Positions 1 through 13,698 of a stretch of DNA of 64,000 bases are shown in pieces. The translations under genes and the position numbers were made by a program. Source of the stretch: Antedon mediterranea (taxonomy: Eukaryota > Animalia > Echinodermata); the NCBI RefSeq assembly GCF_964355755.1, contig NC_092672.1:15128001-15192000 (forward strand), in the 5' to 3' direction. A model generated the notes under the pieces. The model worked only from the letters and a program-made list of their open reading frames with translations, was not told where the DNA came from and searched no databases. The stretch's first letter is position 1. Every line of letters begins with the position of its first letter.

Positions 1-435
1 AGCGTAGTTGTCCTAGGGGGTAGTTGTCCTAGGGGGTAGTTGTCCTAGGGGGTAGTTGTCCTAGGGGATAGTTGTCCTAGGGGATAGTTGTCCTAGGGGA
101 TAGTTGTCCTAGGGGATAGTTGTCCTAAGGGATAGTTGTCCTAGAGCGTAGTTGTCCTAGGGGGTAGTTGTCCTAGGGGGTAGTTGTCCTAGGGGATAGT
201 TGTCCTAGGGGATAGTTGTCCTAGGGGATAGTTGTCCTAGGGGATAGTTGTCCTAAGGGATAGTTGTCCTAGGGGATAGTTGTCCTAGGGGATAGTTGTC
301 CTAGGGGATAGTTGTCCTAGGGGGTAGTTGTCCTAGGGGGTAGTTGTCCGGGTGGGAGTTGTCCTAAGGGGGTAGTTGTCCTAGAGGGTAGTTGTCCCAG
401 GGGGTAATTGTCCAGGGGGTAGTTGTCCGGATACG
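1..435. repeat. 16-bp tandem array (GGGGRTAGTTGTCCTA), probably the expanded terminal repeat region of a TIR element; runs off the window start
   Basis: Roughly 25 or more near-identical 16-mers degenerating to ...ggtagttgtccggatacg at 435. ORF 317..505 is a translation of this repeat. Confidence 0.85.
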
Positions 436-935
436 CAGGAAAACAATCGTAATGTTCTACCAACATATATATATATATATATATCTCGAAGAATGAGCAA
501 TCCATGGTTTTTACTGAAACAATAATGTTTCTCTAAGATCATGGCTCTGGTTTCTTTTGGGGTAGGGCCCTGGAATGTAAATAACTTTTTGTGGCGGTCA
601 TATTATAAATCTATGAACGGTACCCTCCAGTAGAGTTTTTATGATAAAATGTTACTAACTACTTGCTGAAATGTTATTTTTATATTTAATTGTTCGTTTT
701 ATGCTATTTTTAAATATATATAAATTTATAGACGCGAACTACAGCAACATGTAATTATTTAATTTTTGTAAAATGATTGACATCCCTTTGTGACTATTTA
801 TGTTATATTGATGAGTCGTGCATCAAAGAATTATTATTTAATATAGCAACTACATAATTAACTAAAGGCTCTATTATTTGTTACTTCTTGATTTCTTTAC
901 CAATGTGTTTTTGTGGTTGTTTTGTTGCCACTTGT

Positions 936-1622
936 CCCGGGGGGGTCACTCTTAAATATTTCCATACGGGGAGGTGCCGCATTTACGGGTATATTTTCGA
1001 GGGCCTGGTAGCACAAGTGTGGGAAATTATGGAGAGTTGGTAGCACAAGTGTGGGAAATGACAGGGTGAAATTAGTAGTTTAAGTGCCTGGCCCGCCCAC
1101 CCGTGTCAAAATGTCACGATTTATCGCCAAATTTTGCAGGTATTTTAGCATAATGGATGCTATAAGCCCGGCTATAAGCCCATCGCTAAACACCTTTGAA
1201 TAGGCCTAGAGTTTTCGCATCAGCAGAAGAACACGAAACATAGCCTACGACAAAATCATTCAACTGTGACCACTCTTGACTCTTGATCATCGTCGTCATG
1301 CACCGCGGACGAGCGAAAACACGTTCATGATTTTGCCATGAACGGTCTCTTTGGCCATGCGCAGATCATGCCGGGAACCAGTACAAATATTGCGCCCTCT
1401 CTGGCGTGGCCTTGTTTCTGCCGTCTTTTTAGAGAACACTGGATTTTTATTTGGTAAATGGTAGTTCAAGTCCGTAGTATTTTTCAGTAAAACAGGTAGC
1501 ACAAGTGCCTCATGTCTTGAAGTGGCTGCTGCACCCCCCCCCCCCCCCGTTTGGTTTATATACAAGTGACCCCCCCCCCCCCCACCCCCCCCCCCCCCCA
1601 CCCCCCCCCCCCCCCCCCCGGG
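936..1622. mobile_element. Non-autonomous TIR element (MITE) with 8-bp TSD
   Basis: Starts CCCGGGGGGGGTCACT and ends AGTGAC(C)n...CCCGGG. CCACTTGT is duplicated at 928-935 and 1623-1630. Confidence 0.8.
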
Positions 1623-3315
1623 CCACTTGTCTTGTTTTCGGATTCCTAAATATGTTTTTAAAAAAAACAACAATGTTTTAACACAATTATATACCATATT
1701 GTCACAATTAGTATTAAATGGACAGGACAATTTTGAAGACTTAATGACCAGTCATTAATGAGATATTGAGAAATCCAAATTTATTGTCAAAGGTCAAAAC
1801 AGGCATTTCCAGTCATTTTTTGTTTAACTTTTCCATTCAATTGAATATTTATATCTACCTTTGGACTTTTTTTTTTAATACTCCTGGATTGTATGTATAT
1901 CCATTCCAAAAACAGTAAATAATTAAGCTGAAGGAAAGAATGGTTATTGATTTTAGATGATAAACATGTTGTCTTCACCATTATGCAGAATTATAAAATG
2001 CTAAAGTAAGCACAGTAAAGCTGTGAAAGCCAAGACTTGTTTACATAGGCACTTACCAGCAGCAAACTTAAGTGGTATTAGACACAGTTTGCTGGTATTT
2101 CATAACGTGCAACATATAATTGGCTTGTAAGCGTGTTGAAGCTGCAAAGAACATTGTCCCATTAATCATATTAACTAGTTTCTCTTTTGATAGCTTGGGG
2201 CATTTTTCAAAATCAAACACACTTAGTAAGATCAAAAAGAAATGAGTATTGATTTAGAAAGGATGTCATTTCTACTTTGTATACTTGGATCTACACTATT
2301 TGTACACACACAACAGATTCTTAACACACCATATATTACCCATTTTCTCTTATTACAGCCATCTAAATTTTATGCAGATTTTTTTTTTTCACTGCATACA
2401 GTGGAAATTTATTTATTTATGGGATGGAATTAATATATCTGACATGATGAAGCTTCTGATTACATATTGCTACCTGTGCTACTTTGATTTAACTGCAGGA
2501 AACATTCAACTAATTGAGCTTGACATAATATAGTTAATTTTTAGAATTTTAACAGATCAAAAACCTAATCACTTTAAAAGTACATTAATATTCATTTTTT
2601 TAAACTGTATACAAAACATTACTTTATGTTTATGTAACAATTTTTGTTTCAATATTCAGTTTGAAGCACAGTGATTATGATACAATACACAGTTATTATA
2701 TAAATGGGTTCCTTAAATGACATTAGTATATTAAATTATGGATAATATAATGATGAATAAAACATCATTTTGTTAAAGAAAATACAACTAAAATGTAATG
2801 TCAGTTAAAACACTATTATCTAGTTGTGAAATATCTGACACCTAAATCATGAATATTTAAATTTAATAACTATAATATTGCATTTTTATTACTACAGTAT
2901 AACAATATTAATTTAATAAAACAATGTCAATTTTGAAAACAAATATTTTTTAACCAACTAAATATTATTCCCTTGATTATTTGAAAACCAAATAACTATA
3001 TAAGTCAATCATAGTCTTTTAATTTAACTTGTTTTTTATATTATTGTCTTTGTTATATTTACGTGTTTAATGCAATACTTTGTAATGTTTATATTTTTTA
3101 TTGATTGTTAAAGGATCTCAATGGAAATAAGCTGATAAGCTTTTTGGGTTATCCTGGAAAATCTTTTATAAATGTATTATTTGTAATGTCCGTAATTTAT
3201 GTTATCACTTTGTATGTATTTTTTATGATGATTTTCCAAATAAATTCAAATCAAATCAAAATCATATGTTTTAATCAAATTTGAAATGTTTAAAATGATT
3301 GAATATTTATATATA

Positions 3316-4628
3316 CTAGATGGTACGCTCGCTTCGCTTGCGTACCATCTAGGTCGTGCCCACAGATGGTTCTCGAATACACAGTAATTTCAGCGTAAAA
3401 AAACTGGCGATTTCAATTGTACGTTCCGCAGCACTATAATACATCGTCGTTTACAGAAACAAATAAATAGACACAATGATTTATATAGTCAATCAAAATT
3501 AGCACCCTGGGAATTACTTCAAAAGGAGAAACTTGTCACAAAATGAATCCAATTTTTTTTTTTTACTCATTTAAACAAACCCAATTTGTGTTTTGTATCT
3601 AACATTAGGGTTGGGGATGAGGATAGGTACAAAGAGGAACAATTTTTTCATATATTCTTTATCCACTCAGTAACGAAATATTTTTTCATGTTTTATAGGC
3701 CTATAAATAATATACCACTAAATAGAGTAAAACATTTCCGATTTAATGCTTTGTTAAAACTGTCACGCTGTCATAGTCGATTGAAATAGTAAAGTACATG
3801 TAACGATACACCACTACGACGTTTATATTTTTTGTAATTATTAATTAATACAAACGTTGAGAAGCAACTGTCAATAAAGTATTATATTATTATGTGTTTA
3901 TAATCTAAAAGTAGGGTCTACCCACACTCACAGTAATAAAGTTTATTTGTATATTTGTTTATATTATATCTAACAGTACCAATACTCACAATAAGAAATT
4001 TGCGATTCAAATGGCGATCAAAAGTGGTTAAATACCTATTTACAGTATTGTACAGCATTGCAATACTGTACTATTTATGTTTATTCTCCAAGGGCACATA
4101 AATTTACCTACTTGTGTTAAACCATGGAGGTGGTATGCCTCCATGGTTATTAAACCAAATAATTTGGAATGTTCCATTCATCGCAAATCAATACATTTGT
4201 ATAAACGTATATTAAATCTATCAAAATAGTATTTTTTGAAGAAAATCGGCCTGTCTTCAACATTATGATGCTATACTCGAGGTTTTCAACCGGTTTTCAG
4301 CCATTAAAAACAATTATCGTAGGAGGAGATAGGAAAATGCGAAGCATCCTCGTTTTATTGTCTGCGGGTATTTTTCAAGACGGACATCCATTAGACAGTG
4401 TTTACCACGTTCGAAAAACACCCCTATTTGGGGCAAATCGTTGAACCTAAATTCATTTTAATTGTCAATAACTAATTATCGAACTCAATTTAATTAGTAA
4501 ACAGGGTTACATCAGGTGGTTAAAATCAGTACCAAAAGTACGAACCAACTTTATATACCATCGAGTAAAAATTCTAGAAATAACGCGCGATTTACCGAAT
4601 TTTGCCCTTACGTAAATTTATATATAGA
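3316..4628 (-). mobile_element. Non-autonomous Helitron
   Basis: On the minus strand it begins A|TCTATATATAAATTTACG (4628) and ends in the hairpin CTAGATGGTACGC...GCGTACCATCTAG|T (3316-3352). This is the TC...CTAG structure inserted between A and T. The 5' ~410 bp recurs at 13699-14113. Confidence 0.75.
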
Positions 4629-5510
4629 TTACATAGCCTATGTAAATACGTGAACGTGATTGGTTGAAACTGCATCACATGACTACCGCTGCGAGGATCG
4701 TAAATCGTATATATCCTCAAGTACGATGATATTGACTGAGTAATTTTCACGTAATTATCGTGTCCCCTGTCATTAAACATATAAAATCCAGCAAATTCTC
4801 GAGTACGATGATGTTGACTGTAATTTTCGTGTGGCAACACTTGCTTTTGCCGATAAATAAACAAAAGTCATCACTGGGTCTTGAACTCGCGATGAAATTG
4901 TCACTCCATCACAAGACAACGCTTCATACGCCACGGAACTTGCTTGAAGAAATTAATCTAAACTATTTAAACTATGCATACATAGCGCCCTCATTTGTTA
5001 TTAGTCCTCCATAGATGTGATGAAAGACCGTTTGTGATTGGTTAATACTCACAGTAGTAACTGATACGTCCGCGACGCACTGAACATCGGGTGATTCGGC
5101 TCGATCGAAGAAGATGAATTATTATTTATTCGGCCTACCTGATAATAATATTATTATTATTAATGTAGGCTTATTGATAGAAATTCTTCTGTTATTATTT
5201 AAACGACCTCGGCTAGTGAATATTTTATTGCCATTAATTAGTAATTATCTGTATATTATTCTTCGAAAGGTAAGGTGTTTGACCCAGAAGATATTCTACT
5301 TGTTGTTGGCTATGTAATATAACAGATATCGCCTTTTTATCGGTAAAATATAAGATTAGACATCCCCTCGGGAATGATATTAAGTTCGAGGGAATTATAT
5401 ATTTCCCTCAGCTGGCGCTTCGGGAAATATATATTCCCTCGAACATAATATCATTCCCTCAGGGATGTCAAATCTTATATTTAACCTCTAAGCAGTCAAT
5501 ATCTGTATAA
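4629..5510. mobile_element. Interspersed repeat ending in a long imperfect palindrome (unclassified), copy 1
   Basis: Colinear with 36711-38818. Terminal ~190-bp hairpin at 5321-5510. Confidence 0.7.
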
Positions 5511-8482
5511 TATTATATTATATATTTGTGTAGTAAAGTTACATTGAGTGCAACTTTCGGTATTCTAGCCACAAATGTGTAGTGTCGCTTTCAGTTATCT
5601 TCCACAATATCTAACAAATGAATTCAAGCTACATATAACATATAGAGAATTCTCATTATATGTACTATTAAATAGGAGTAGGATGTAAACGGAGAAAGTT
5701 TATTTTTAAAAAAACACATGTAATAAAAATATATTTTATAATAAATTGTTTAAATTATAACTTTAAAGGTTTGTTATTCTCTATATTTATGATTAGAAAA
5801 CTATTTTTTTGAAACAGATATTTCTGTATCGATCGACATCATTTAAGGAAGTTGATGACATATAGAATGAAGAGAATGATTTTTCTGTCAAATTGATAAG
5901 CAATTTATTTGTACCCTTTTTTCCATAAATTATACTTAAATCTGAGATAGGCGAGCACAATAAAAAAATTATTACCAATCTTCTTGAAGAATACCTACCC
6001 TCTCTATCTCAGATGTTTCGCGAAACATAGATTTGGTAACATTATTGTTCACCATTACCATTATGATATTGTTCCATATTTTTTAAGAAAATTTCTGATT
6101 TCATCAATAGATTTTCAACCGCGGTAGAAGTAATTTCCGTGTTAGTGTAATCACTTTGTGACTTCCAGGTTTTTTTTGCCCTCTCCAGCTACCAACGTGT
6201 TGGCTCTTGGCAGCGACATTCATTAATTCATTGCTTTTTTCACAGGCCACACATGAAGTTAAAAAAATTAAAATTTACTGCAAAATAATACATTCATAAA
6301 TCATCGGTGTATATTGCCAGGAAATTGGAAAATCAGTATATAAAATTACTAAAATGTCAGAATCAGGTAAAAATTACATTTTTAGGCCTATACATCAGGA
6401 GAACTGATGATTGAAATTGGGTCAGGTTAAATTGATTTGTTGAGTTAGCTAGCAGGTTTGTAACATATTGCACGCTATCTGTGTACCAGCGAGACCCGAG
6501 ATGCTGTAGCCCATGTTGCAAGCCGTAGGCCGAAACAGCCCACTGTGTTGTGGCGGATGTCAGTTTGTGGTATTTTACCAAGTTTTTCAAGATGTTTAAA
6601 CTAAATAATATTTTGATTATAACAATTTAGGCCGCATTTATTTCAATAAAGTTAAAATTGTATTATAATTAGTTATGTAAATGTATGTAATCTGGTAGTA
6701 TGTGGAAAGCTTTAAAGCTGTTTGAAGTGATATTGTCTAATTCCTACTTCTAAACTGTTACATACATCATTAATCTTTAAGGTATTTACACATGGGAATA
6801 CATTTGGTTGCATTGCTGTTTAGATATTTTAAGTGGCAGAAGTTGATGAGAGAGAATGCAAACGAAAGTAATGATATGATTTGATGACAAAGTTGTATCA
6901 ATATATAAGTTATGAAATAATTGAATATTAGAAACCAGACACTTCCCTTCTATTCAAAATGGATATAGATATTTAACCTGGAAAAAAACAAATTCTTAAC
7001 CACGCAGCGATATATAATGCTAAAACAAAAAACAATGTGAATTGATAAAAATGTAGCTTTTGCTTGTTTTTTTCTTTATTGAGATGCAGCTGCTAAGGTA
7101 AATTGAATTTACATTTATTCCCATAAATCTAATTTTTATTCAAACAAAAGCAATCACAAAGTTGCAACCTACACTAGGCATGACAGAGAAAATGGATCAA
7201 GAATCGGGTCCGAATCTTCTCTCAAATTAAATGGAGCCTGAAACTCATTCTAATTTAGTCAAAAGTTAATTTTGTCCGTTTTAAAAATCGTAAGCGTGCA
7301 TACACCCATGTTATATATGCGGTACACATATTTTTATACATCATACAAAGTGTATGAGCCCTAAACATAGTGTATTTATAATTACCAGTTGTGATGATAA
7401 CTAAAAGCATAATTTTTTACATACAATATAGAGAAATTATGATACATATTCATAAAATAACTGTAAAACTGTCTATTTGTAACATGTGTGAAAATAAGTT
7501 GAAAAAAAATAGTCCACCTAAAGTTCTTTAAACGCGTAAAACAATGTATTAAGGTACCCATTTTGTTTAACAGTATGTACTGTATGTGGCGATTTTTTTT
7601 CAATAAACTGTTAATTCTCCTACGCAAACTGTTTTGTCCTGAAACTCCATTAACATATACTTTTAAAACTACGGCCGTTTAAATTTATGGATCCGTCACT
7701 AAAAATTTAACTTTCAGTTTTGAAACTATTGTTTAGATGTTTGTTTTTATTCACATTCAAAATTGTCTAAAATTTAATGATTAAGAATTTAACTATAGTA
7801 TGGCTACAGCAAGTGGCCTTTGAGTATTACAACAGCATCTAAGTGTCATTAACTAACATCCTTTTTAAGTATATTTTATGATCTGTTATTCGGTTGTTAA
7901 AATAGCATTTCAGAAAACCTTATACGATGTTGATACTTCACAGAAAATAAATTCAATTTTGATACAGTTCTATAATATTATTAACTTTTATGAAAAGATA
8001 TGAACATCAAGAGTAATATAATATATAACAAAAGTTTATGAATAATGTTACAAATGATTATAATGTTACAGGTTGATGAATGTTATAAAACATAATAGTG
8101 ACAGTTTAATATACATTATATAGGTTTCTTATTAAAAATATTTATTGATGGCAAATAATATTTGTTTTTGTTCATAAATTACCATTTCTACTTTTATTAT
8201 TCATAATACAGTATATAGTATGAAATGAAATTATAAACTGTTTTTTTTTAAATAAAAATAGCAAAATCGATAAAATAAATAATAAATACAAATTTGGATA
8301 TAAAATAAAAATCTACAAGAGGGTTTACAAAATTGTTATTGAAAAATCAGAAACCACAATAACCAATTTTAATATAAAAATTATAAGAAAAGAATGCTAT
8401 GTTCGTAAGTTTCAACCATTACAGTAATTTTCACTTACGTCTTCATTCTCAATAACAGCACAGCAGTTTGCCTGTTTAATTA

Positions 8483-9949
8483 CTACACATACGTTGCACT
8501 CCTATTCTGTGGGGTTTCCTCAATTGTTGTTTCTATTTCTGTGACTTTAGCTGTTGGTGTTTCACTATAAAGTGGTTCTTCATTGATATAATCCAAGGAA
8601 ACTTGTATCCCAACATTGCGTTTCTGCCAACGAGCTACACGGTCTGTCGATAACACAGGTGGTGGTAAGCTATCACGAGGTTCTGAGTACACATCTGGTT
8701 GGGCAATTTTATACCCAAGTGGATGGAAGTTTTTGCGAAAGCACAAATAAATGTAACAAATAGTAGATGAAGCTAAGACTGAGATCACTAATAAACAAGT
8801 TCCAGCTATAGATAGAATGGTGGCCATTGTTAGGTTTTTAGAATCTTTGCCAGTATATGGCCTAGCTGATGCTGGCAGAAATGTCCCCTGATCTTCCCTA
8901 GATGTAATGTTTAATATAAAAAATGTACTTGACATTCCTATTGAATTAGAACCTTCACATAATATTTTTGTAGATGTCATTTCTAATGTGGGAGTTAGAC
9001 GCAGAATGGAATTATAACTTTCAAGTTTATAAGCATCTTCTGGAAGTTGTGGAATAAATTTCCACTGATAATCTATCTGAGAAGGATTTCCTTTACCTTG
9101 GCAAATATAAATAACTTCTTTATTCTCTACCACAATTTCTTCGCCCTTAATTGTCATTTCTGGTCTATGCATGACATTGAAAGGTCCAAATGAACAGTTA
9201 CGCTTGTATTCTTTTTTGGCAGGGGTTTCCAATATACACATAAACGTTGTTTTGTCGTTTTCATCTTTGACAGATGGTGTAAAACTGTGTTGAATAACAA
9301 TATAATTACTTTCATTTCTTGTTTCGTAAGTAAGAGTTTCATCATCATTGCGCACTAAACGTAGAGTGGGCAAAGGATTTGTTCTCTCAGAACGACATAT
9401 TATAAATGATTTGATTCCATCTGTCATTTGTCCCATTATAGGTGTACATTCTGGGTATCGTAAAGATGGAATTTCTATCACATTTATCTGAGCAGGAGTT
9501 GACTTTTCTATTTGCTTTTCTCTTTTGTACACTGCACATGTATATAAATAATGTCCATCTTTTCGTTGAACATTGGCTATGCTAAGAGAGTAACTTTCAT
9601 GATCATCAATATCTCCAAGTTTAGCACTAAAATTTTCCTTGAATTTATCAATCTCTACATCCTCATTGCTAATAATTTCTTCACCCCTTAACCATTTGAT
9701 GATGTATTCAGTACTGTCTCGTTCTATGTAGCAGGTTAAGTAACCATTAGATCCTTCTACTGCATTTATATCAGCTGGTCCTTGGATGATAATATTTGAT
9801 AAAGCAAAAGAAAAAGTTGTATAGAATATCAAAATACTTGCAGTGCTGACTGATTGCAATCTGTTTCCAGTGAAAAAAATGTGCATATTAGTAAAAATCC
9901 AAAGTTGATAATTATCTTTTTGACTTCTGTTATTACATCCTAAAAACAT
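8483..9949 (-). CDS. Single-exon immunoglobulin-superfamily type I membrane protein (V-C2-C2-like; nectin/CADM/Kirre-Neph-like cell adhesion receptor)
   Basis: 488-aa uninterrupted ORF. It has a hydrophobic signal-like segment (ILIFYTTFSFALS), Ig1 (LTC..IKWLR..YSLSIANV..YTCAV), Ig2 (IICRS..FMCIL), Ig3 (YICQG..YQWKF..ILCEGSNSIG), a TM helix (ILSIAGTCLLVISVLASSTICYIYLCF) and a Tyr-containing tail ending ATYV. The true start may be the second Met (MHIFF). Confidence 0.88.
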   Translation of the reverse strand: MFLGCNNRSQKDNYQLWIFTNMHIFFTGNRLQSVSTASILIFYTTFSFALSNIIIQGPADINAVEGSNGYLTCYIERDSTEYIIKWLRGEEIISNEDVEIDKFKENFSAKLGDIDDHESYSLSIANVQRKDGHYLYTCAVYKREKQIEKSTPAQINVIEIPSLRYPECTPIMGQMTDGIKSFIICRSERTNPLPTLRLVRNDDETLTYETRNESNYIVIQHSFTPSVKDENDKTTFMCILETPAKKEYKRNCSFGPFNVMHRPEMTIKGEEIVVENKEVIYICQGKGNPSQIDYQWKFIPQLPEDAYKLESYNSILRLTPTLEMTSTKILCEGSNSIGMSSTFFILNITSREDQGTFLPASARPYTGKDSKNLTMATILSIAGTCLLVISVLASSTICYIYLCFRKNFHPLGYKIAQPDVYSEPRDSLPPPVLSTDRVARWQKRNVGIQVSLDYINEEPLYSETPTAKVTEIETTIEETPQNRSATYV

Positions 9950-12944
9950 TTTGTCCTATGTGTATCAATTGTCACTCAACTAGTTTCAAGATAAACATCC
10001 AAAACTTTGTTCAAAAGAAAGTTTAACATATGTCCTTGTCCACTCTCCAAGCACTTCTAAGCAATCTGCATCCATGAACTACACTGTGACCCAAACATCT
10101 GCAATGCCGAACTAAATGATGAAAAGTAATCTAATATTTAGTAGTTATGACTGTGAGAACCAACCAAATCGCTGTGTGTGTTTACCGTTACGGATATTGC
10201 CTTAACTAATAGCAGTGTAGTAGACTGCTATTATAAGTTGCAATTTCCATTTAGTGGACTTCTAAAGTGCTGGCATTGGTTGTGAGCACAGTGTTAGTGG
10301 CTTCATTTAGCAAATTGACTAGCAAACTGACAACTTCCCCTTTACACCTAACATGAATCTATTGGGATTAATTCATGCAACGTGAGCCTAGTTGGTGCAT
10401 TGCATGCTTCATCAGATCAGTATCAAAATACATGTGTTGTTACTTTGAGTGCATATGCAGAATTGTCAGCAAACACCCAATTAAATTAAAGACCATATAC
10501 CATCATATCTTATAATACTTACCATTTTATTTATCTGAAGCTTAGTCATGCATTATTGATCATATGAAAATATAAATATTCAATTCTTTTCATGCATACA
10601 TTACCTACATTTACTGGTAATGAATATTTACAGGCCATGTTTTACTGCCGTTTAAATATTAATATATACAGTAATCAACAATGAACTCTTTTGTTGCTCT
10701 AGTAATTAATTTTTCTTCAGTCCCTTATGATAAGCATAAAAATGCATTTTTTAAATAATTCATTTTATAAACTTGATCTACATTATATTTAAGTTTTTAT
10801 TATATTTGTAGTAGTATTATTAGCATGCAGATTATTTGTTTTCATACTTGTATATAAGAATCAATAGTTAACCGATAATAATATATAAATTATTTATTAA
10901 TATCTTATTTAATAATTGAGACATTTTTATGGAATATGTATTAATTATAATAATATCAATAATACTAAAAATGCAATACCTGTTTTATGTTTATTATTAT
11001 TTTGTTAACATCATTTAATAGAACATTAATATAAGAACAGTCTTATGATTGAGCTGTCCTGGCAAGTATATGTCTATACAAGTAAAAATACAACAATATG
11101 TTCTATATCCAACATCTTGAAAATGTATTTTGCTATATAATAAATGTTACAGGACCATTGAAATGTTAAATGCTGAAGTTGTACATTTTACAGCCTCATG
11201 GTAAAAAGCCATAAGGGGGGTGGGGGGTCAAAAGGTTGTGTTGCTGTGGTGAAGCAAATATTGTTATATGCCTGGAAATTATACTTTTACACATAAAATT
11301 CATATAAATGGCACCAGTTATCCGCAAAAACAATCTCTCGGTGTGAGATGATCAAGAGTAGACACAACAAAAAACATGTGTAACATTACACTTTTTATGT
11401 ATTATGTATATTTTTTTAATGTATTTTTGCTAAAGATATTATCCATCCACAGTTTCCTCATTGCTCTGGAGGAACTTTCTTTTATCACGATTGATGAGGT
11501 TTTTATGACAGACATAACATTGTATAGCTATCATGCCTAAGCGAACATTACATTTTTTATTTATTTATTTATTTATTACAAATTGTTGAAATAGTCTATA
11601 AATATAGGTTTTACATTATATTCCCCCCCCCCCCCCAACGAAAAGTACTTGCATTCCCTGACTGTGATGTAAATCAGAATGAATGTATTGAAAGGGATTT
11701 GGAAGAAATAATTAAAGGATATGAAAAGAATGAAACAAATATCCTTCACGCCCCCCCCCCCCCCCCATAGCTCTTAAATATTATTTTTTGTTGCTATTTT
11801 CATAAAGATTTCTTAAAAGATTTCTTAAACTCAAGTAATAATTGTACTTCATATTGCATTGAGGGCGAAAATTTTAAATCAGAGGTTATTAGAAATGTGG
11901 CTACAATTGGGAGAGTAGTGTGTCTTGACAAATTATTAAATTATCAAATCGTCTTCTAAGTGTTGTCTGTTGATGCAGCAGTAATTTGCATTGCGTGTGA
12001 TTTCTATAAATTATTTAGGATTTGACTATTTAATCAGATACAGTTAAAGCATCGAGGTGAAGGCCCGAGTGTACAAACTATACATGTTTAGTTTATCGGT
12101 TTATCCAGTAAAAAGGATTACTTGCTTCTGTGAATGATTTAAGTTCAGATAAGGTTTCAGGGAGAAAATTGCAGAATAATTCTTTGAAAGCTCATCATTG
12201 CACTTCCGGATGCTGTTAGGCTTTTTCTACTATATTTCTAATAATATTGAGTTTCACTGGCTTAGCTATTAATATAACAGAAATGTTGTAAATTATGTAA
12301 ACTTCTTTGTTTAAAATAACAATTAATGTTTATTATAATTAGTTAATATGTTTATTATAATTAGTTGACATACGTAACTGTAAATGTGTGGCACAGAAAA
12401 ATTCCATACCACCTGGTGATATACTTGAAATTAATTAAAACATTGAAAATGAGGAAATCTGTGAGAACTAAAACAAGCTGCCCCAACATAATTTGAACCT
12501 AGATTATTTAAATTAAATATGCTTGCTTAATAAATATAACATATAAATATGACAGGCACAGAGAAACTCCTAAATGGAATAATATTGATTATAGTTACCA
12601 TTGAAAAAGACTGAAAGATTTAGATTATTAAAAAGAACCAATCTACTTACATAACTTATATGAGTATATTTTTTACATCATAGTTGATTTAGAGCAGGTA
12701 ATTGATCTGGCCTTTTGCACAAACACATGGCAATATATGATAAATCCTTTCTCTTTTTTATTTGTTGATAACATTTTAAGTAGCATTCAGAAGCATTTTA
12801 GAAAATGATCCCTGTTTAACAAAAACTAGGGGCATGTTCTCAATATATGCGTAATGCAGCCACACCCAAAACCAGGACTTCTGTAAAATGTTCTTAATGT
12901 TTAAAACCTGGGTCTTGACCTTTTTTTTTATTTGTAATATCTTA

Positions 12945-13070
12945 CAGAAAATGTACTGTAGAGAATCTTCACTAATTTGTTTCACAGAGACATGGATTGG
13001 AAAAATGTTGTTGACAGCGAAGTAGAGCTTTTGAGTTGGCAGAGCATACAGAACTGTGGAGTCACAAGGT
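12945..13070 (+). pseudogene. Short degenerate LINE AP-endonuclease fragment
   Basis: Reads RESSLICFTETW, then after frameshifts NVVDSEVEL and RAYRTVES, matching the N-terminal motif order of LINE ORF2 endonucleases. Confidence 0.5.
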
Positions 13071-13698
13071 GAGTCTGTATTTTTTATAAAAAAATGATGC
13101 TGAACCAATTGGATGGTACATGAAAAATTCTGCACAGCTGAGAAACCAGGAAAATTATATACAAATTTTGAATGTGAATTTCACGCATTATCCTGCCATG
13201 CATGATTCCTTGGTGCAAAATTCTTCAACAGGGCTTCATCTAGGCATAAATTTATCAGTGAACGTGATTGGTGGTAGACAGGCCCATAGCCAGGATGTTT
13301 AGGAAAGGGTTTGAATTTTGAAAAATTGGGCCTAGTTAAGCAACCAATTATGGTAAATAATTAAACCACAATAATGAAATACACTAGGGCGAGCAGATGC
13401 AGGATTTCAATAAAAGGGGTGGCAAGCGAGGTCTCCATTACACCATCATGGTTGGGGCTAGGGAAGAAAACGGAGAATATGGACATTTAATTAGCAAAAA
13501 ACTAAGTATGATCGTCGAGTAACACAATTGACTAAAGATAATTCAATCTAAACAAGCACGAATGTGCGATACTCGGGGTAACACAAAAGAAGCTGTAATG
13601 ACGTCATAAGACGGGATGTGACGTCACATACACATCAATAACCTCGCTACCAAATAGTTTATACGGCTATACGGTACCATCTTCGAGACGTCACATGG

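Noticed and set aside
1296-1730. Glycine-rich protein ORF
   Set aside because: The poly-Gly is the translation of the MITE poly-C tract.
2058-2142. Minus-strand coding exon with good splice signals
   Set aside because: Stops in all three frames. At most a non-coding or UTR exon, which cannot be verified here.
12988-13068. Plus-strand host exon (CAG...AAG|GTGAGT)
   Set aside because: Better explained as a LINE endonuclease remnant. Exonisation is not excluded but has no support.
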